This document shows positions 32,082 through 43,231 of a stretch of 64,000 bases of DNA, piece after piece. Both the position numbers and the translations under genes were made by a program. Each line of letters opens with the position of its first letter. The stretch's first letter is position 1. This DNA is from Meyerozyma guilliermondii (taxonomy: Eukaryota): the NCBI GenBank assembly GCA_051546255.1, contig CP128816.1:1302001-1366000 (forward strand), read 5' to 3'. The notes beneath the pieces are model-generated. The model searched no databases and was not told the DNA's origin. It saw only the letters and a list, made by a program, of their open reading frames with translations.

Positions 32082-32972
32082 TCACTTCGCGGCATAGTTC
32101 GCCTCGACCCCACTCCTCAACCTCAGATTTATCTCCTCGCTGCTGTCGGTAAGCACCCCAGCAGTCTGGAGCACCAGGGCTGTCTTTGTAACCACCCGGT
32201 CCCAGTCGAGCTTTTGAGAGCCCAAACCGCTGTTGAACCGAACCGTGGTGAGCCATTTGCGGGCGTCTTCCTCAGAATAGTCCAAATTGCTTCCAATATA
32301 AGTTACGGCTTCGTCGTGGTGGTTGTTAAAGTAGTCGATTCCACGAGCCACACTGGACACAAACAGACCCAATTGAGTGCTGTCGACGTCCCGGCGAGCC
32401 GTTATCACCCACAGCGGCCACGGAGTGTAAATCTCACCAATTTGTTTGAGCTCCTTGTTGTCGTAGTACTTTTTGGTGGTGAAGTATTCCCACATAAATG
32501 CATCACTAGTACCCTCATTGACAGACTGGCGAAGGTTTGCAAAGTTGGAAAGCACAGGGAAGTCACTGAAAAACGGTTTACTAGCATTGTGCTCAAGTCC
32601 CAACACAAAACTCATGATATACGACCCAGATCCGATTCTTGAAACGCCAATTTTTTTTCCAAGGACATCTTTTGTCGAAGTAATTTCGGTTCTGGAAGCT
32701 CCAGTGCTCACAGCCCAACACAATGGTGATTCCACATACGTTCCCACCACCTTGTAGGCGTCATTTCCCTTTGCCACATCAGCAATAAATCCTTCTGTCA
32801 AACCTATGGCAATATCCACTTCGCCATCAGAAAGCAAACGAACCAACCTACCGGTTCCTTCAATGACAGGAATAAACTTGACGTCGATGCCAGCATCAGC
32901 ATAGTAGTTTTGCTGCTGGGCAAAGAACAATGGTGTAGAAAAATGTTCTGGGACGTAGGCCACACGAAGCAT
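32082..32972 (-). CDS. Periplasmic-binding-protein fold protein (Ca3427-like, NMT1/THI5/SsuA superfamily)
   Basis: VPEHFSTP, EGTG, LTEGFI, GTYVESPLCWAVSTG, IGVSRIGSGS, DAFMWEYFTTK, IYTPWP. Confidence 0.8.
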   Translation of the reverse strand: MLRVAYVPEHFSTPLFFAQQQNYYADAGIDVKFIPVIEGTGRLVRLLSDGEVDIAIGLTEGFIADVAKGNDAYKVVGTYVESPLCWAVSTGASRTEITSTKDVLGKKIGVSRIGSGSYIMSFVLGLEHNASKPFFSDFPVLSNFANLRQSVNEGTSDAFMWEYFTTKKYYDNKELKQIGEIYTPWPLWVITARRDVDSTQLGLFVSSVARGIDYFNNHHDEAVTYIGSNLDYSEEDARKWLTTVRFNSGLGSQKLDWDRVVTKTALVLQTAGVLTDSSEEINLRLRSGVEANYAAK

Positions 32973-33265
32973 TAAAGAAGGTGCGAATAAAACCAGAGAG
33001 ACTACAAGGTGCGAAAACGAGACTTAAATTGCGAGAGACTTCTACAAATTGCGAAAGGAGACTTCAAAGAGCAGAGACACTAGTAAAATCATGGTTATTA
33101 GTTTGGAATGAGATTGCTAAGGTAGTTGACCGTAACTTATTGTATCCATTGAGTACTCTAGTGTACTACATCCGCATCTTAGCGGCTACCACAGCAGACA
33201 TCGCATCAGAGCAGACGCTCTCCGTTGCTCTCTTCTCTCTTCTCTCTTCTCTCTTCAACTTCTCC

Positions 33266-33904
33266 CTAGCACGCACATCCGTCCGCTGCGGGTGCCGTTC
33301 CCGTACTGAGATCAATGCGTCCGTCCGTAGCCTGCGGCTGTTGTGGTTTCAGCAGCGGAGCCTCAGGGATCTTTGACCCTATACCCACAAAGACTTCATT
33401 GACATTGTACGCCGTTTTGGCACTGGTCTCGAAGAAAAGAAGACCCTCCTCGTCCGCAAGCTTTTGACCCTCTTCGATGCTGACTTTGCGAAGCGAACTG
33501 TCGTCGCCGTCATTATCGTCTTCCACCAAATCGTGCTTGTTTCCCACTAACGCTATGGTGATATCCTTCGAAGCCTGTTCGTGCAACTCCTTGACCCAAT
33601 GACGAGCCTTGATAAACGACGCTGGCTTGGTAATATCATAAACCACCAACGCCGCCTGGGCATTCCGGTAGTACATTGGAGCCAACGAGGCAAACCTCTC
33701 CTGGCCAGCGGTGTCCCATATTTCGTACTTGATGGTGCGCTCGCCAATGGTGCACTTTTGTGTCAAAAACGCTGCTCCAATGGTTGGTTCTTTGTTTTCT
33801 TGAAAATCATTGCTAACGAACCGAAGCACCAAAGATGATTTTCCCACTGCTGCTTCACCAAGAAGCACAAGTTTCACAGATGTGGTAGGTGGTGCGAAAC
33901 TCAT
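33266..33904 (-). CDS. VPS21: Rab5-family endosomal GTPase
   Basis: [53 protein letters not shown]-terminal CAC. ATG 33904. Confidence 0.9.
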   Translation of the reverse strand: MSFAPPTTSVKLVLLGEAAVGKSSLVLRFVSNDFQENKEPTIGAAFLTQKCTIGERTIKYEIWDTAGQERFASLAPMYYRNAQAALVVYDITKPASFIKARHWVKELHEQASKDITIALVGNKHDLVEDDNDGDDSSLRKVSIEEGQKLADEEGLLFFETSAKTAYNVNEVFVGIGSKIPEAPLLKPQQPQATDGRIDLSTGTAPAADGCAC

Positions 33905-34268
33905 TCGATATTTGTCGTATGATTTGAGTTCTTTGATGCAATACGGTGTAAGACCACTAGTCGGATAATCCGTGATTTGTGCGTACCCATTTTCGCTTAT
34001 CGGTGATGGCGGTGGCGGCACGACGGGCTGTGCGCAGGGAAGAAAGGGACATGGGAAAGGAGAAAGAAAAAGATAGAGAGAAAAAAGATAGAGAGAACAG
34101 AATGATGTAATGAATTGGCTCTGTTCAGTTCAGAGCTGTGTATCAACTTCTATTCAATTTTCAATGTCCATTCATTTATCAATGTCTACTCGTTTCTCAA
34201 TCTTTTATAATTCCTCACTAGTTCTTTTATGGCAGTTGCTTCTTCTGTCTGTTCCTATTCTTTCTGTC

Positions 34269-35480
34269 CTATTCTGTCTTTTCCTCCACCCTCGCAACCC
34301 AGTACTCACACTCATACACATAGCCTCCCATTGCTCTGGGGTCCCCACTATATGTAGTCTTGATGCCGCTCTCATGCTTGTCAAGAGTAAATCCCATATT
34401 TTTCATAAGTTGCAAGAGATCTTCGAGTGAGAGTTCCATTCCCTTTCGAGTCGTAGCAACTTTTCGAGGCTCGTCACCTTCCTTGAGAACCAAAGATTTA
34501 TACTCCACATTAGCATCATCTTCAAAGTGCCACAATAAGGGTCCAAAGTTGATCCATATTCCACTGGTTTTCTTCAAACAATGACGAATAGTCTTCAAGT
34601 AGTCCACGATGTTAGAGGCAGTATCGAGGAAGAAACAAGTACACAAAATATCAAAAGTTCCTTGTACCAGTTGGCGAAATTGTATGGCATCGTCCAGCTG
34701 TACTTCTTCCACAGGCTGTATTTCCTCAGGTCCATAGAGTTCAGTAAACGAGCCCGCTGCCATCGACATGAGTTCACTTATGTCGACGTTTGGAAGGTGT
34801 GCTTGTAAATCGTGAATGTCTCGAGCACTCACATCGGGGACAGTAACCGGCCGCAATTGCAAGCTCCGTTTTTGAACATGCGATGCTTTGTAGATATAGG
34901 GCAAGATGGAGTGTTCATTGGCAAATTGACAGTTGTTCAAAATGTAATTTGATGTCAAAAGCATATGGTAACTAAACTCATTTCCTTGACACTTGAATCC
35001 ATGGTGAACAAATTCATACACCAATCTTCCAAGACCACATCCAGGAACAAGAACATTGACCTCGGGCCTATGGGTGACTTCAGGGTACCGCTCAAGAGCC
35101 TCGTTGAGAATTCTTCCAAAAGATACTTCTCTTTCCTTGACTCCGTCACTGCTCCATTCACGACAAAGTTGGAGCAACGTTGACCTTACTTTATCAAAAT
35201 CCAGTCCACTGGGTTCTGCCCAGACGGTCGGGTCAGCCCCTACACCCCACTGGCTAGCCGCTACACCAGCAAGACCACTGCAAAAATGGGAATTGAGTTG
35301 TACCGCTTCGGCCAAATCGGAAGTGTGTTTACTGTACCAAGACAAAAGGTTTTTTTCCAGTTCTTTCATGGATGCTTCTCTAATGCGACGAGGTTTCACC
35401 ACCTCCTCGTACAGCCACCGGTGGAAGTTGTGGAATGCTGCTAGGGTGCCCAGAAGGGCGTTCCATTCTTCATCAGCCAT
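34269..35480 (-). CDS. Carnosine N-methyltransferase family (N2227 / YNL092W-like) SAM methyltransferase
   Basis: KVRSTLLQLCREWS, VLVPGCGLGRL, QGNEFSYHML, TCFFLDTA, WINFGPLLWHF. Confidence 0.88.
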   Translation of the reverse strand: MADEEWNALLGTLAAFHNFHRWLYEEVVKPRRIREASMKELEKNLLSWYSKHTSDLAEAVQLNSHFCSGLAGVAASQWGVGADPTVWAEPSGLDFDKVRSTLLQLCREWSSDGVKEREVSFGRILNEALERYPEVTHRPEVNVLVPGCGLGRLVYEFVHHGFKCQGNEFSYHMLLTSNYILNNCQFANEHSILPYIYKASHVQKRSLQLRPVTVPDVSARDIHDLQAHLPNVDISELMSMAAGSFTELYGPEEIQPVEEVQLDDAIQFRQLVQGTFDILCTCFFLDTASNIVDYLKTIRHCLKKTSGIWINFGPLLWHFEDDANVEYKSLVLKEGDEPRKVATTRKGMELSLEDLLQLMKNMGFTLDKHESGIKTTYSGDPRAMGGYVYECEYWVARVEEKTE

Positions 35481-35613
35481 CGCAACGATAAGGTTTGAAG
35501 CTGCGAAGAGTGCAGGAGCGAGTGAGCGAGCGGAGCCAGTGCGAGCGGAGCCAGTGCGAAGCCGATTCCACTAGGTTAGAGCAAGTCGGTCGTGTCATAT
35601 ATGTAATAAATAG

Positions 35614-37884
35614 TTACTGTAAAAATGGGTCAAAGTCAGCATCAAGTAAACAGTTCGGTTTCAATGTAAGAAAGTCAACTTCATCATAAGTGTGCTCCGG
35701 TTGCAATTGTTCCGCTGACCTGCGCGGGTAGTGGTGGGGCTTGAGAAGGGTAGTTGTAAACGAAGTTACCGGAACTTCCAGCAAGCTTAGAGCCGCGGCA
35801 AAGTCGCTCCTCACACGGGATATATCTGTTATCAGCGCTCGCCACTTACGAACGTCTGTGATGGGGAACAATTTTTTAGAGTCTTCTTGCACTGCCATAC
35901 GGTAGATGATCATTATACGTTTTTGAAGAAACGTCACCAACCGAATTAGGTAGCCAGAAAGGCTTTTGAGTTCGTGTTTGTGCACGTCGTACAAGTCAGG
36001 ATTGCAGCAAAGATTCAGTGGCTGGTCGATTTCTGACTTGAAAATTTCGAAATCGCTACGAGTGATAACCACATCCAACATGAGTGGACTATCAAAATCT
36101 CTCAAAAAAAAGTATTTGACCTGTGGGAATATCGAGTAGAGTGCTTTCTTGAACACTTTGTAGAATAACGCCAAAATTTTCTCGAGCGGGTCCGATGAAG
36201 CATTGACCACCAGGAACCTAATGGGGTAACTTATTGCCCATTTTTGCATAAGTTTGAATAAAATCTTTTGCTGGTGCTCCACATTGTCGTATGAGCCAGA
36301 AATTTCCTCTATAATGTTGTCTATCACAAGATTGAGAAAGCTGTAGAGCTCGTTATACTTTGAGGTGAGCATTTGGGTGAGCGAAGTGTTGGAATTGACA
36401 CTTCGTAAAATCTCTCCAAACCGAATATATTTTTCACGGAACTCGTTTAAAAACGTCGGATCGTAGCTCGGATGGTACACAGACCGCTCGATATTGATCA
36501 TGAGTTGCATATGTGCTGGAATTAACGTCGGTGCTTTGGCGCCGTTTTTAGCAGCAAGATTCAAGTTGTATGAAAGTACACTGAAAAGACCATCCCGAAA
36601 ACAATTTATCGAGTTGAGAGTCGCTTCTGGATCGTAGATCGACATCAAACTGAGAATATACGACACAGTGGAACAAGTTTCAGGATCTTCATTTTTGTTC
36701 AAAAAGTCTCGCAAGTCCTTGATTACCTTGGCATAGTGCTTAATAGACACAATGATGAGAGCATTATTCTGCTTTGTTCGGTCCACAAGCTCAGTAAAGC
36801 CCGCGACTGTGCGCTGGTTGGGGTTGAGACAGTTGGAAATAAGGTAGTTTGTCGTCAAGTTGAGAAGACAGCTGAACATCATTTCGGATCTGATCAGCAT
36901 CGATATAAAGTAATTGAGCCATAAGTGGAACAAGTGTCGTATATCGGGGAGCGGACAGGTGCCATTAGCTATGGAAGCACCGACACTGAATAAAAATGTG
37001 TAAAGTCCCTTTTCGTAGTCTACCCTTGTGCGAGGTTTCTTCTCAAACGAGACTGGATGAATCATTGCATTGGGAAGTTTATCATAGGTATCGAGCTCCA
37101 TAGTATCGTATCCTGAATCGTTTACAAAGGAAGAAGACTCGTACCCGAGAGCTGATAGATTGAAAATGTCTCTTGTGGGACGAAACGAGCTATTCGCGGG
37201 AGTCGATGACAGATCTCGTGAGATTCCGGCGCTGTTGTGGATCGAGTAAACCGGGTATATGATGGGCTGGCCTTCGAAATTCTCGGCACTCATGATATTG
37301 TCAAAGTCCTGGGTAACATGCTGGGCCTGGAAATTGAATACATCGTTCACGCCCGAGTCGAGAGTGTAATTTTTTGCCGACAAAAAATGAGTTTGGTCAA
37401 AATCTTGGTCCAAATCCATAACGGAGCCGTTACCAATCTCTTCAACAGGATGGTCTTGAGGAGGGCTTGGTTCTTGGTCCGGTTCATTGGCGGCCGGATT
37501 GGAGTCGAAAGAATCGCCAGAGCCGGAATTAGCAGGTGAATCTACCTTGATTGCTGGAGGCGACACCTTAGACAGCGCATAAGACCCTCGGGACTCATGG
37601 CGAGACAAAGTAAGTTGTTTGAGGTCGATTTCGGCCAATTCCGATTTGGAGCCTGTGGAGGTGGAAGTGGCCGAAGCCACTAAGCTGGCCTTGGCAGCAC
37701 GAAGTTCGTCTAGTTGTTCCTCTGTGTAGTCTAGGTAGCCACAGCGAGTCTTATGCTTGATACAATTAAGACACGACGGAAGATCTTCGGAACATTTGAC
37801 TCGTCTTTTTTTGCAATTGGGGCACCCGAATTTGGAGTTTTTATGTCTGCGTCTTTTGGTGGCTTTTTCTTGAGCCTTCAGCAT
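35614..37884 (-). CDS. Zn(II)2Cys6 transcription factor (Upc2-type DNA-binding domain), paralog A
   Basis: RRRHKNSKFGCPNCKKRRVKCSEDLPSCLNCIKHKTRCGY. First ATG at 37884. Confidence 0.9.
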   Translation of the reverse strand: MLKAQEKATKRRRHKNSKFGCPNCKKRRVKCSEDLPSCLNCIKHKTRCGYLDYTEEQLDELRAAKASLVASATSTSTGSKSELAEIDLKQLTLSRHESRGSYALSKVSPPAIKVDSPANSGSGDSFDSNPAANEPDQEPSPPQDHPVEEIGNGSVMDLDQDFDQTHFLSAKNYTLDSGVNDVFNFQAQHVTQDFDNIMSAENFEGQPIIYPVYSIHNSAGISRDLSSTPANSSFRPTRDIFNLSALGYESSSFVNDSGYDTMELDTYDKLPNAMIHPVSFEKKPRTRVDYEKGLYTFLFSVGASIANGTCPLPDIRHLFHLWLNYFISMLIRSEMMFSCLLNLTTNYLISNCLNPNQRTVAGFTELVDRTKQNNALIIVSIKHYAKVIKDLRDFLNKNEDPETCSTVSYILSLMSIYDPEATLNSINCFRDGLFSVLSYNLNLAAKNGAKAPTLIPAHMQLMINIERSVYHPSYDPTFLNEFREKYIRFGEILRSVNSNTSLTQMLTSKYNELYSFLNLVIDNIIEEISGSYDNVEHQQKILFKLMQKWAISYPIRFLVVNASSDPLEKILALFYKVFKKALYSIFPQVKYFFLRDFDSPLMLDVVITRSDFEIFKSEIDQPLNLCCNPDLYDVHKHELKSLSGYLIRLVTFLQKRIMIIYRMAVQEDSKKLFPITDVRKWRALITDISRVRSDFAAALSLLEVPVTSFTTTLLKPHHYPRRSAEQLQPEHTYDEVDFLTLKPNCLLDADFDPFLQ

Positions 37885-38662
37885 TTCCAATGCGTTCACA
37901 ACAAAGAATTATGCGGAAAAGGGCTCGAAGATTCAGAATATTGCGTGGGTCTGCCGCGTGGGAACCGTGGCCAATTCTATGGTGTAGATGTGGTTCACAA
38001 CTAAGGAGCGATGATGGTTAAGATCGATGCTTGTAATGCTACGATTCACATACCACGTTTTGATGTTGATGCCACGATTTTGCAAAGAAGGCACTTTAGA
38101 TTGAAGAAATGGTGAATGACTATTTTTATGATTTATGAGTTAATTCTATTATTTCGGGGACAAAAGGCTGATACTTGGCGTGCATACAGATCGGTAACTG
38201 CATACACAATCTGTAAACCGGCGAAAGGGTAAAGGTTGTTTTTTGTTTCGCGAAACGGTTTTGGTGGGGAAAATCGCCTGATTTGGCGGTTTCCGGCTGC
38301 AAGTTAGTTGGTGCTCACCGAAAACTAGGAAATTGGTCGTTGAAGGCCAATTGAGTTTTCATGGTACGGCCGTGGCCTTGCATGATTTCAGTCCCAATTA
38401 GGAAGGTCTTCTCGGTCCCAGATGCGCGCTGCAGGTCGATGGCATACACCGTGCAGAGAAAAATGCGTCATAAAGTCATCAATTTGCGTGCGCCTCTGTC
38501 ATGATTTTATGCATAAACGATAAATGGTGGAAATGAGGTGAAAGGTGCATATGATTCACCCCTGTTTCTGCATGGCAGTGTATATATGCGCCAAGTATGG
38601 TATGCGGCCGGAGGAGGCCGATGTCAGAAAAGGAAACCTTTCCGTTCGTAATACATTCAATC

Positions 38663-40642
38663 CTATACATAATTCTGCTCCGCTCTATAGAATTTGTCAC
38701 TCATAACATTGTAGAATTGACTGTCCTTTTCGTCATCGTCTGCGGCTCTGGTAAGCATGTTTTTCCTCATCTCCATCGTTTGCGGCACAACTTGAAATAC
38801 CGATTCCGGCCACTGGATGGGCGAGCTAACTCCGACCAAAATCGACTGCAAGGCTGCTTCGGAAATTAACGAAAACGGTTCGGAATCGTCCATGTAAAGA
38901 CCGGTACGCCAGTCGAGTTTCGTGGTGTCTCGTGGAACCGGGAAACCTTTTTTGAATAGTTCGGAATATTCTTTGTTTAAACGTACCAAATAATGTTCAA
39001 CTTCGTCTTCTGAAAGCCATAATTTGTAGTCGAGTGGTTGGGAATCGTCATCTTGTAATTTGTAGTCGGTGGTGTTACTCAAATGGAAACGGAGAAGAGG
39101 ATCGCTCGTCTGGAACCCTTTGGTGCTGTCAGTCATATACGCTTTTAACAATTCGAAATGCTCACGATTATATGGGTAGGGATTACCCATTCTCTGTAAG
39201 TTGTGAAGCATGTCTGGGGTGGCAGTTGGTTTTGATTTCAGTGGTAAGTGGATGAAATTGTAAAGGCGAATCAGTGAATTGGCGAAATCACGAATCATTA
39301 TCTCGTTAATATCTGACCTCACGTCCATCGGAGTTATACCCTTCCCGCCAATCAGGGGCCCGAATATCATCGCTAGTTGATTGTTTCTTATTTTGAAAAA
39401 CGAGTTAACACGGAAGCAGTACCTTTCAATACTCTGCAATATGTTACAAGTCAAGTCTGTTTCTTTGGGAATGGTGTGATGAGTGTCGTACCACAATGTG
39501 AGACCGCCATTGAAGCCCAGCAAGTACATGAACATGGCACTTGGGAACACATTGTTAAGAATTGACGTGAGGGTTTTGTACATTAACATCAATACCCGTT
39601 CCATGGGATGGCCGAGAGATGTTAATATGTGCATCTTGGGAGGCATCATAAGAAGCCATCGACGCAACAACTTGTAGATGAGTTGGGAATCTTTTTTGAG
39701 TAATTCGATATCCTTATTGGCAGTTATTTGTATGACATCTTTGACGTAGTACCATATCTGATTGAAATGCTGGACAATCCAATCGCTGGATATTTCTTGC
39801 ACGGTGACAAACTGTGAGTAGCGTTTGAGATAGCTCTGAAATTCCACAAGCACTTGGGGTGTGTAGCATGGGAAATGGATCAGTTGCGACACCAAATTCA
39901 TGTAGCTAAACATGTGACGAACCTGGTGGTCAAGGTGTTCATATCTGCCCAAAGCATCGCAAAAGATGGAAAGCATACCCTGGCCGAAAGTGATGGAATG
40001 GAGAGAATTCTCAAACTCATAAATGGAGCATTTGTTGAGTAACGCCAGTGCTTTTAATGCCACTATAACGTCGTAATCTGACAGCACCGAGATATGCATT
40101 CGAAGGGCGGTGATGGCTTTGCTATAATGGCGGTTTGCAAACGCACAAAACTTCCTTCGAAGCGCCGATTCTCGCATCTTGTTCATGTTGGCAAACGACT
40201 TTAGCGCATTATTTCCAAGATACGATGCAAAAAGCAGGATCAACACCTCGTACACCAACGGCAGTCTGATATTCAACACGTCATTGCCTACACTTTGGTG
40301 ATGAAGCCACTCATTCAGGGCGTACGATGGAGCGTTCATGAAATGGACCGGTTCACGGTGCAACGGAAAAGACACATATTTGGTATAAGCTCCTGGCAAA
40401 GCTCTCCCCGAATCACCGGGAGAAGTAAAGCCAGTCAGAAGCGTTTCTTCCATTTCCAGAAGTTGACCTTCACTGGAAAGCAAGTCATCATTAATTGGCA
40501 AACCGCATTGAAGACACATGGAAAATTCGTTGTTGGAGGTTCTTTCTAGAGATCCACAAGCACACATACGAGGGGATTCTGGTTGATGGCCCCGAACTAG
40601 ACGCCAGGGGTCATTCAAATTTAGCGCACTACTAACACTCAT
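38663..40642 (-). CDS. Paralog B of the flanking Zn-cluster factors, lacking the Zn2Cys6 domain
   Basis: Shares C-terminal blocks with both neighbours (e.g. HPMERVLMLMYKTLTSILNNVFP vs DPLEKILALFYKVFKKALYSIFP; RVNSFFKIR vs RINSFFTYR). The N-terminus has only CxC...CxxC. Start is uncertain. Confidence 0.75.
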   Translation of the reverse strand: MSVSSALNLNDPWRLVRGHQPESPRMCACGSLERTSNNEFSMCLQCGLPINDDLLSSEGQLLEMEETLLTGFTSPGDSGRALPGAYTKYVSFPLHREPVHFMNAPSYALNEWLHHQSVGNDVLNIRLPLVYEVLILLFASYLGNNALKSFANMNKMRESALRRKFCAFANRHYSKAITALRMHISVLSDYDVIVALKALALLNKCSIYEFENSLHSITFGQGMLSIFCDALGRYEHLDHQVRHMFSYMNLVSQLIHFPCYTPQVLVEFQSYLKRYSQFVTVQEISSDWIVQHFNQIWYYVKDVIQITANKDIELLKKDSQLIYKLLRRWLLMMPPKMHILTSLGHPMERVLMLMYKTLTSILNNVFPSAMFMYLLGFNGGLTLWYDTHHTIPKETDLTCNILQSIERYCFRVNSFFKIRNNQLAMIFGPLIGGKGITPMDVRSDINEIMIRDFANSLIRLYNFIHLPLKSKPTATPDMLHNLQRMGNPYPYNREHFELLKAYMTDSTKGFQTSDPLLRFHLSNTTDYKLQDDDSQPLDYKLWLSEDEVEHYLVRLNKEYSELFKKGFPVPRDTTKLDWRTGLYMDDSEPFSLISEAALQSILVGVSSPIQWPESVFQVVPQTMEMRKNMLTRAADDDEKDSQFYNVMSDKFYRAEQNYV

Positions 40643-40993
40643 GAATTCAAGTTTCAAAAAAGATCACGATTTTGGGGGTATGTTCACCTTACGTAAGGTT
40701 ATGCAAGTTGCGGGGGGTAGGCTCGTAATTACATTATTCGGTTGCGAATTTAAGCAGCATGACAGGAGGTAAGAATTGGCGGCAGACTTGAAAATTCCAA
40801 TTATTATACTAGTACATACTTTTGGCTGAATTCCAGCCTTTGTTTTGTTGTTTGTTCTTAAAATGGTGGTAGCTTTGGCATCCTGGCCCTTGCATTTCAT
40901 CTTTTTTATTTTTTCAAAATAGGGTATTAAACGTCCTGCATCGCGCATTTTTGCAGATACGATAAAGGTTAAAATGTTAATGGCCGCAAAATC

Positions 40994-43231
40994 TCAAGCA
41001 CCAGAAGTGGCTATTTCTCTTCGTGACATCTCAATGCAATACATGCGCTTGCGCCACTCCTCAATGGACGGTGTGGATAATCTCCAAACTTTTTCTTGGC
41101 GTAAAGCAAATCGTTGGATGAGGTCTCTTGGATCAAAATCGTACATTCCCAAACCCAGTGAAAAGTTTATTTGAGGAGGCTTGTGCATTGAATTTGTTTG
41201 GGTAAGTTGGCTTTGGTGGATCACTTGCTGGTATCCTTGGTCGTATGCGAAAAATGGAAGACGAGGATAATTATCATAGTTGATGATTGTGTCCACATCA
41301 AACAGGCTCACAAATTGTTCTTCTATATCCATCTTTGACGGAATAATTTCGAGTATCCCGGTAGGAACTGATGTGTTACTTAGAACAGGCTGGGTGAATT
41401 TTTGATCGAGAACAGTGGTGGTTGAAAGAAGATGCGAATAGAACATGGTGCGGTAGGTGAAAAAACTGTTGATTCGCATGAGTCTGGCCTGGATTCGAGT
41501 CAAGGCAATGATCTGGGATTCACCCATATTGGACGGGTACTTGAATGCATATAACGAGGGATCCATGTCGGAACGTGCACATATAATGTTGCACATATCG
41601 ATCATCCAGATGGACCGAATTGGAGAGAGAACATTTTGCAATGCTTTACCAGTAGCTGTGTAGAACAAGCAAAACATCTTTGTCATAAAACCACATTTTG
41701 CACTGAGTCCCATGACTTCGGAGGGAAAGATACGGAACCAGCGTACTATCAATTCACAAAGACTGTTGGTTTGGACGAAATGAATATTGTGCGTACCTTC
41801 ATTTCTGGTTTGGTTGATTTGCTGAATGTTGGGATAGCATTCGTTGATTAGTTTTTTCAAAAATCCATGTAACCCAATCAAGCGGTATGCAGTTACTCGG
41901 TCGCAAATAGGGTCTCTATCGTTTCCTGGTCCTTCAGATATTCCAAACTGGTCCATAAATTGTTCGAGGTCGTTGAAAATTTCATTCATCACGCTAAAGC
42001 GATAATCAGGAACCAAACAGAAGCTCAGATGAAGATTCACGAGATCCAAAACTACTCGTATAGTGGGGGTGATATCAGCGGTCGATTGTGCATCGTTGCA
42101 AATTTTGGAAAGTAACGAAGCAGTGCCGGTATAAATCAAGCTCACCGTTTCCATAGACGCATGAACATGAAGGAACGACGACCATCCTGCGAAAAGCGAG
42201 ATTTTGGCCAGATATTCTATATGGATCCGCGAAAGCGATTCACGCAAGTTTCTGATCAACTCTCCATAAATCATATACGACTTTTTCGTCAACACGGCCA
42301 AGTCTTCATAATTGTAACAGGCATCTGAATTCGATGCCACAGAAGACGTGGGAGAGTCATTGTATGGTGAAGTGGAAGTGGAGCTTGGAGAATCGCCCCC
42401 CATGCTCAAATAATCATTGCAAGATTTGAGAAGAATGTTGAGCGATCTGTCGACAAAAAATGAAAAATAGACATCAAGGATGACTGCCTGGTTATAAATA
42501 CTAGCCCAGAATGCAGCGGATTGCAGTGCGTTCCATACTGGAGCATAAGAAAACATGAATTTGTCGTTTATCATCCGCTTTAGGTCGCCTCCACACTTTT
42601 TGTAAAGAAGGGAAATGAAGGTGTTTTTGAGTCGTTCCTCCCGAGCCATCAACTTGAACAGCCGCTTTTGAATGTATGCCTCTGGCAATGGTTTCGGGTC
42701 TCCTGGCGTAATCAATGGGAACGAGAGATCATGCGAGTTTCGTCGGTCAAGAAAGTCTTCGCCGAAAAACCCAGCTTTCGAGCCCTCAAACTCGTCGGCT
42801 GTTGGTTGCTGGATAAACTGCCCCGAGTCGTCGTTGGAATTGACCACCCGCACAAAGGAATCTCGATATAATTGGTATCTTAAAGAATCTTTCTTTTTGA
42901 AAAAATGGTTTGTGCTAGCCAGTTCAGACTTATCCGAAGCATTATTCGTTTCTCGAGAATGCATTATATCGTGGGCCAGCATATCATCATGGAAAGCTCG
43001 GCCTTGTTTTTTTCTTTCGTTTTTGAGGCGAATTTGCTCCAATCGTTCTGGTGGGAAATCCAAGTAACCACAACGGTACTCTTTTTTGATACAATTTTGA
43101 CATGCTGGTAGGTCTTCCGAACACTTGATACGCTTTGCTTTGCAGTTGGGACAGCCATCTCTGGAGTTTTTATGAGTCCGTCTGCTTTTGCGTTCCTTTT
43201 TCAATACAGACTTTTTGTCAATAGAAGACAT
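40994..43231 (-). CDS. Zn(II)2Cys6 transcription factor (Upc2-type DNA-binding domain), paralog C
   Basis: RRTHKNSRDGCPNCKAKRIKCSEDLPACQNCIKKEYRCGY. ATG 43231. Confidence 0.9.
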   Translation of the reverse strand: MSSIDKKSVLKKERKSRRTHKNSRDGCPNCKAKRIKCSEDLPACQNCIKKEYRCGYLDFPPERLEQIRLKNERKKQGRAFHDDMLAHDIMHSRETNNASDKSELASTNHFFKKKDSLRYQLYRDSFVRVVNSNDDSGQFIQQPTADEFEGSKAGFFGEDFLDRRNSHDLSFPLITPGDPKPLPEAYIQKRLFKLMAREERLKNTFISLLYKKCGGDLKRMINDKFMFSYAPVWNALQSAAFWASIYNQAVILDVYFSFFVDRSLNILLKSCNDYLSMGGDSPSSTSTSPYNDSPTSSVASNSDACYNYEDLAVLTKKSYMIYGELIRNLRESLSRIHIEYLAKISLFAGWSSFLHVHASMETVSLIYTGTASLLSKICNDAQSTADITPTIRVVLDLVNLHLSFCLVPDYRFSVMNEIFNDLEQFMDQFGISEGPGNDRDPICDRVTAYRLIGLHGFLKKLINECYPNIQQINQTRNEGTHNIHFVQTNSLCELIVRWFRIFPSEVMGLSAKCGFMTKMFCLFYTATGKALQNVLSPIRSIWMIDMCNIICARSDMDPSLYAFKYPSNMGESQIIALTRIQARLMRINSFFTYRTMFYSHLLSTTTVLDQKFTQPVLSNTSVPTGILEIIPSKMDIEEQFVSLFDVDTIINYDNYPRLPFFAYDQGYQQVIHQSQLTQTNSMHKPPQINFSLGLGMYDFDPRDLIQRFALRQEKVWRLSTPSIEEWRKRMYCIEMSRREIATSGA

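Noticed and set aside
40664..40948. 94-aa ORF upstream of paralog B as a possible missing DNA-binding exon
   Set aside because: It contains no Cys6 zinc-cluster pattern and has no clear splice path into the downstream frame.
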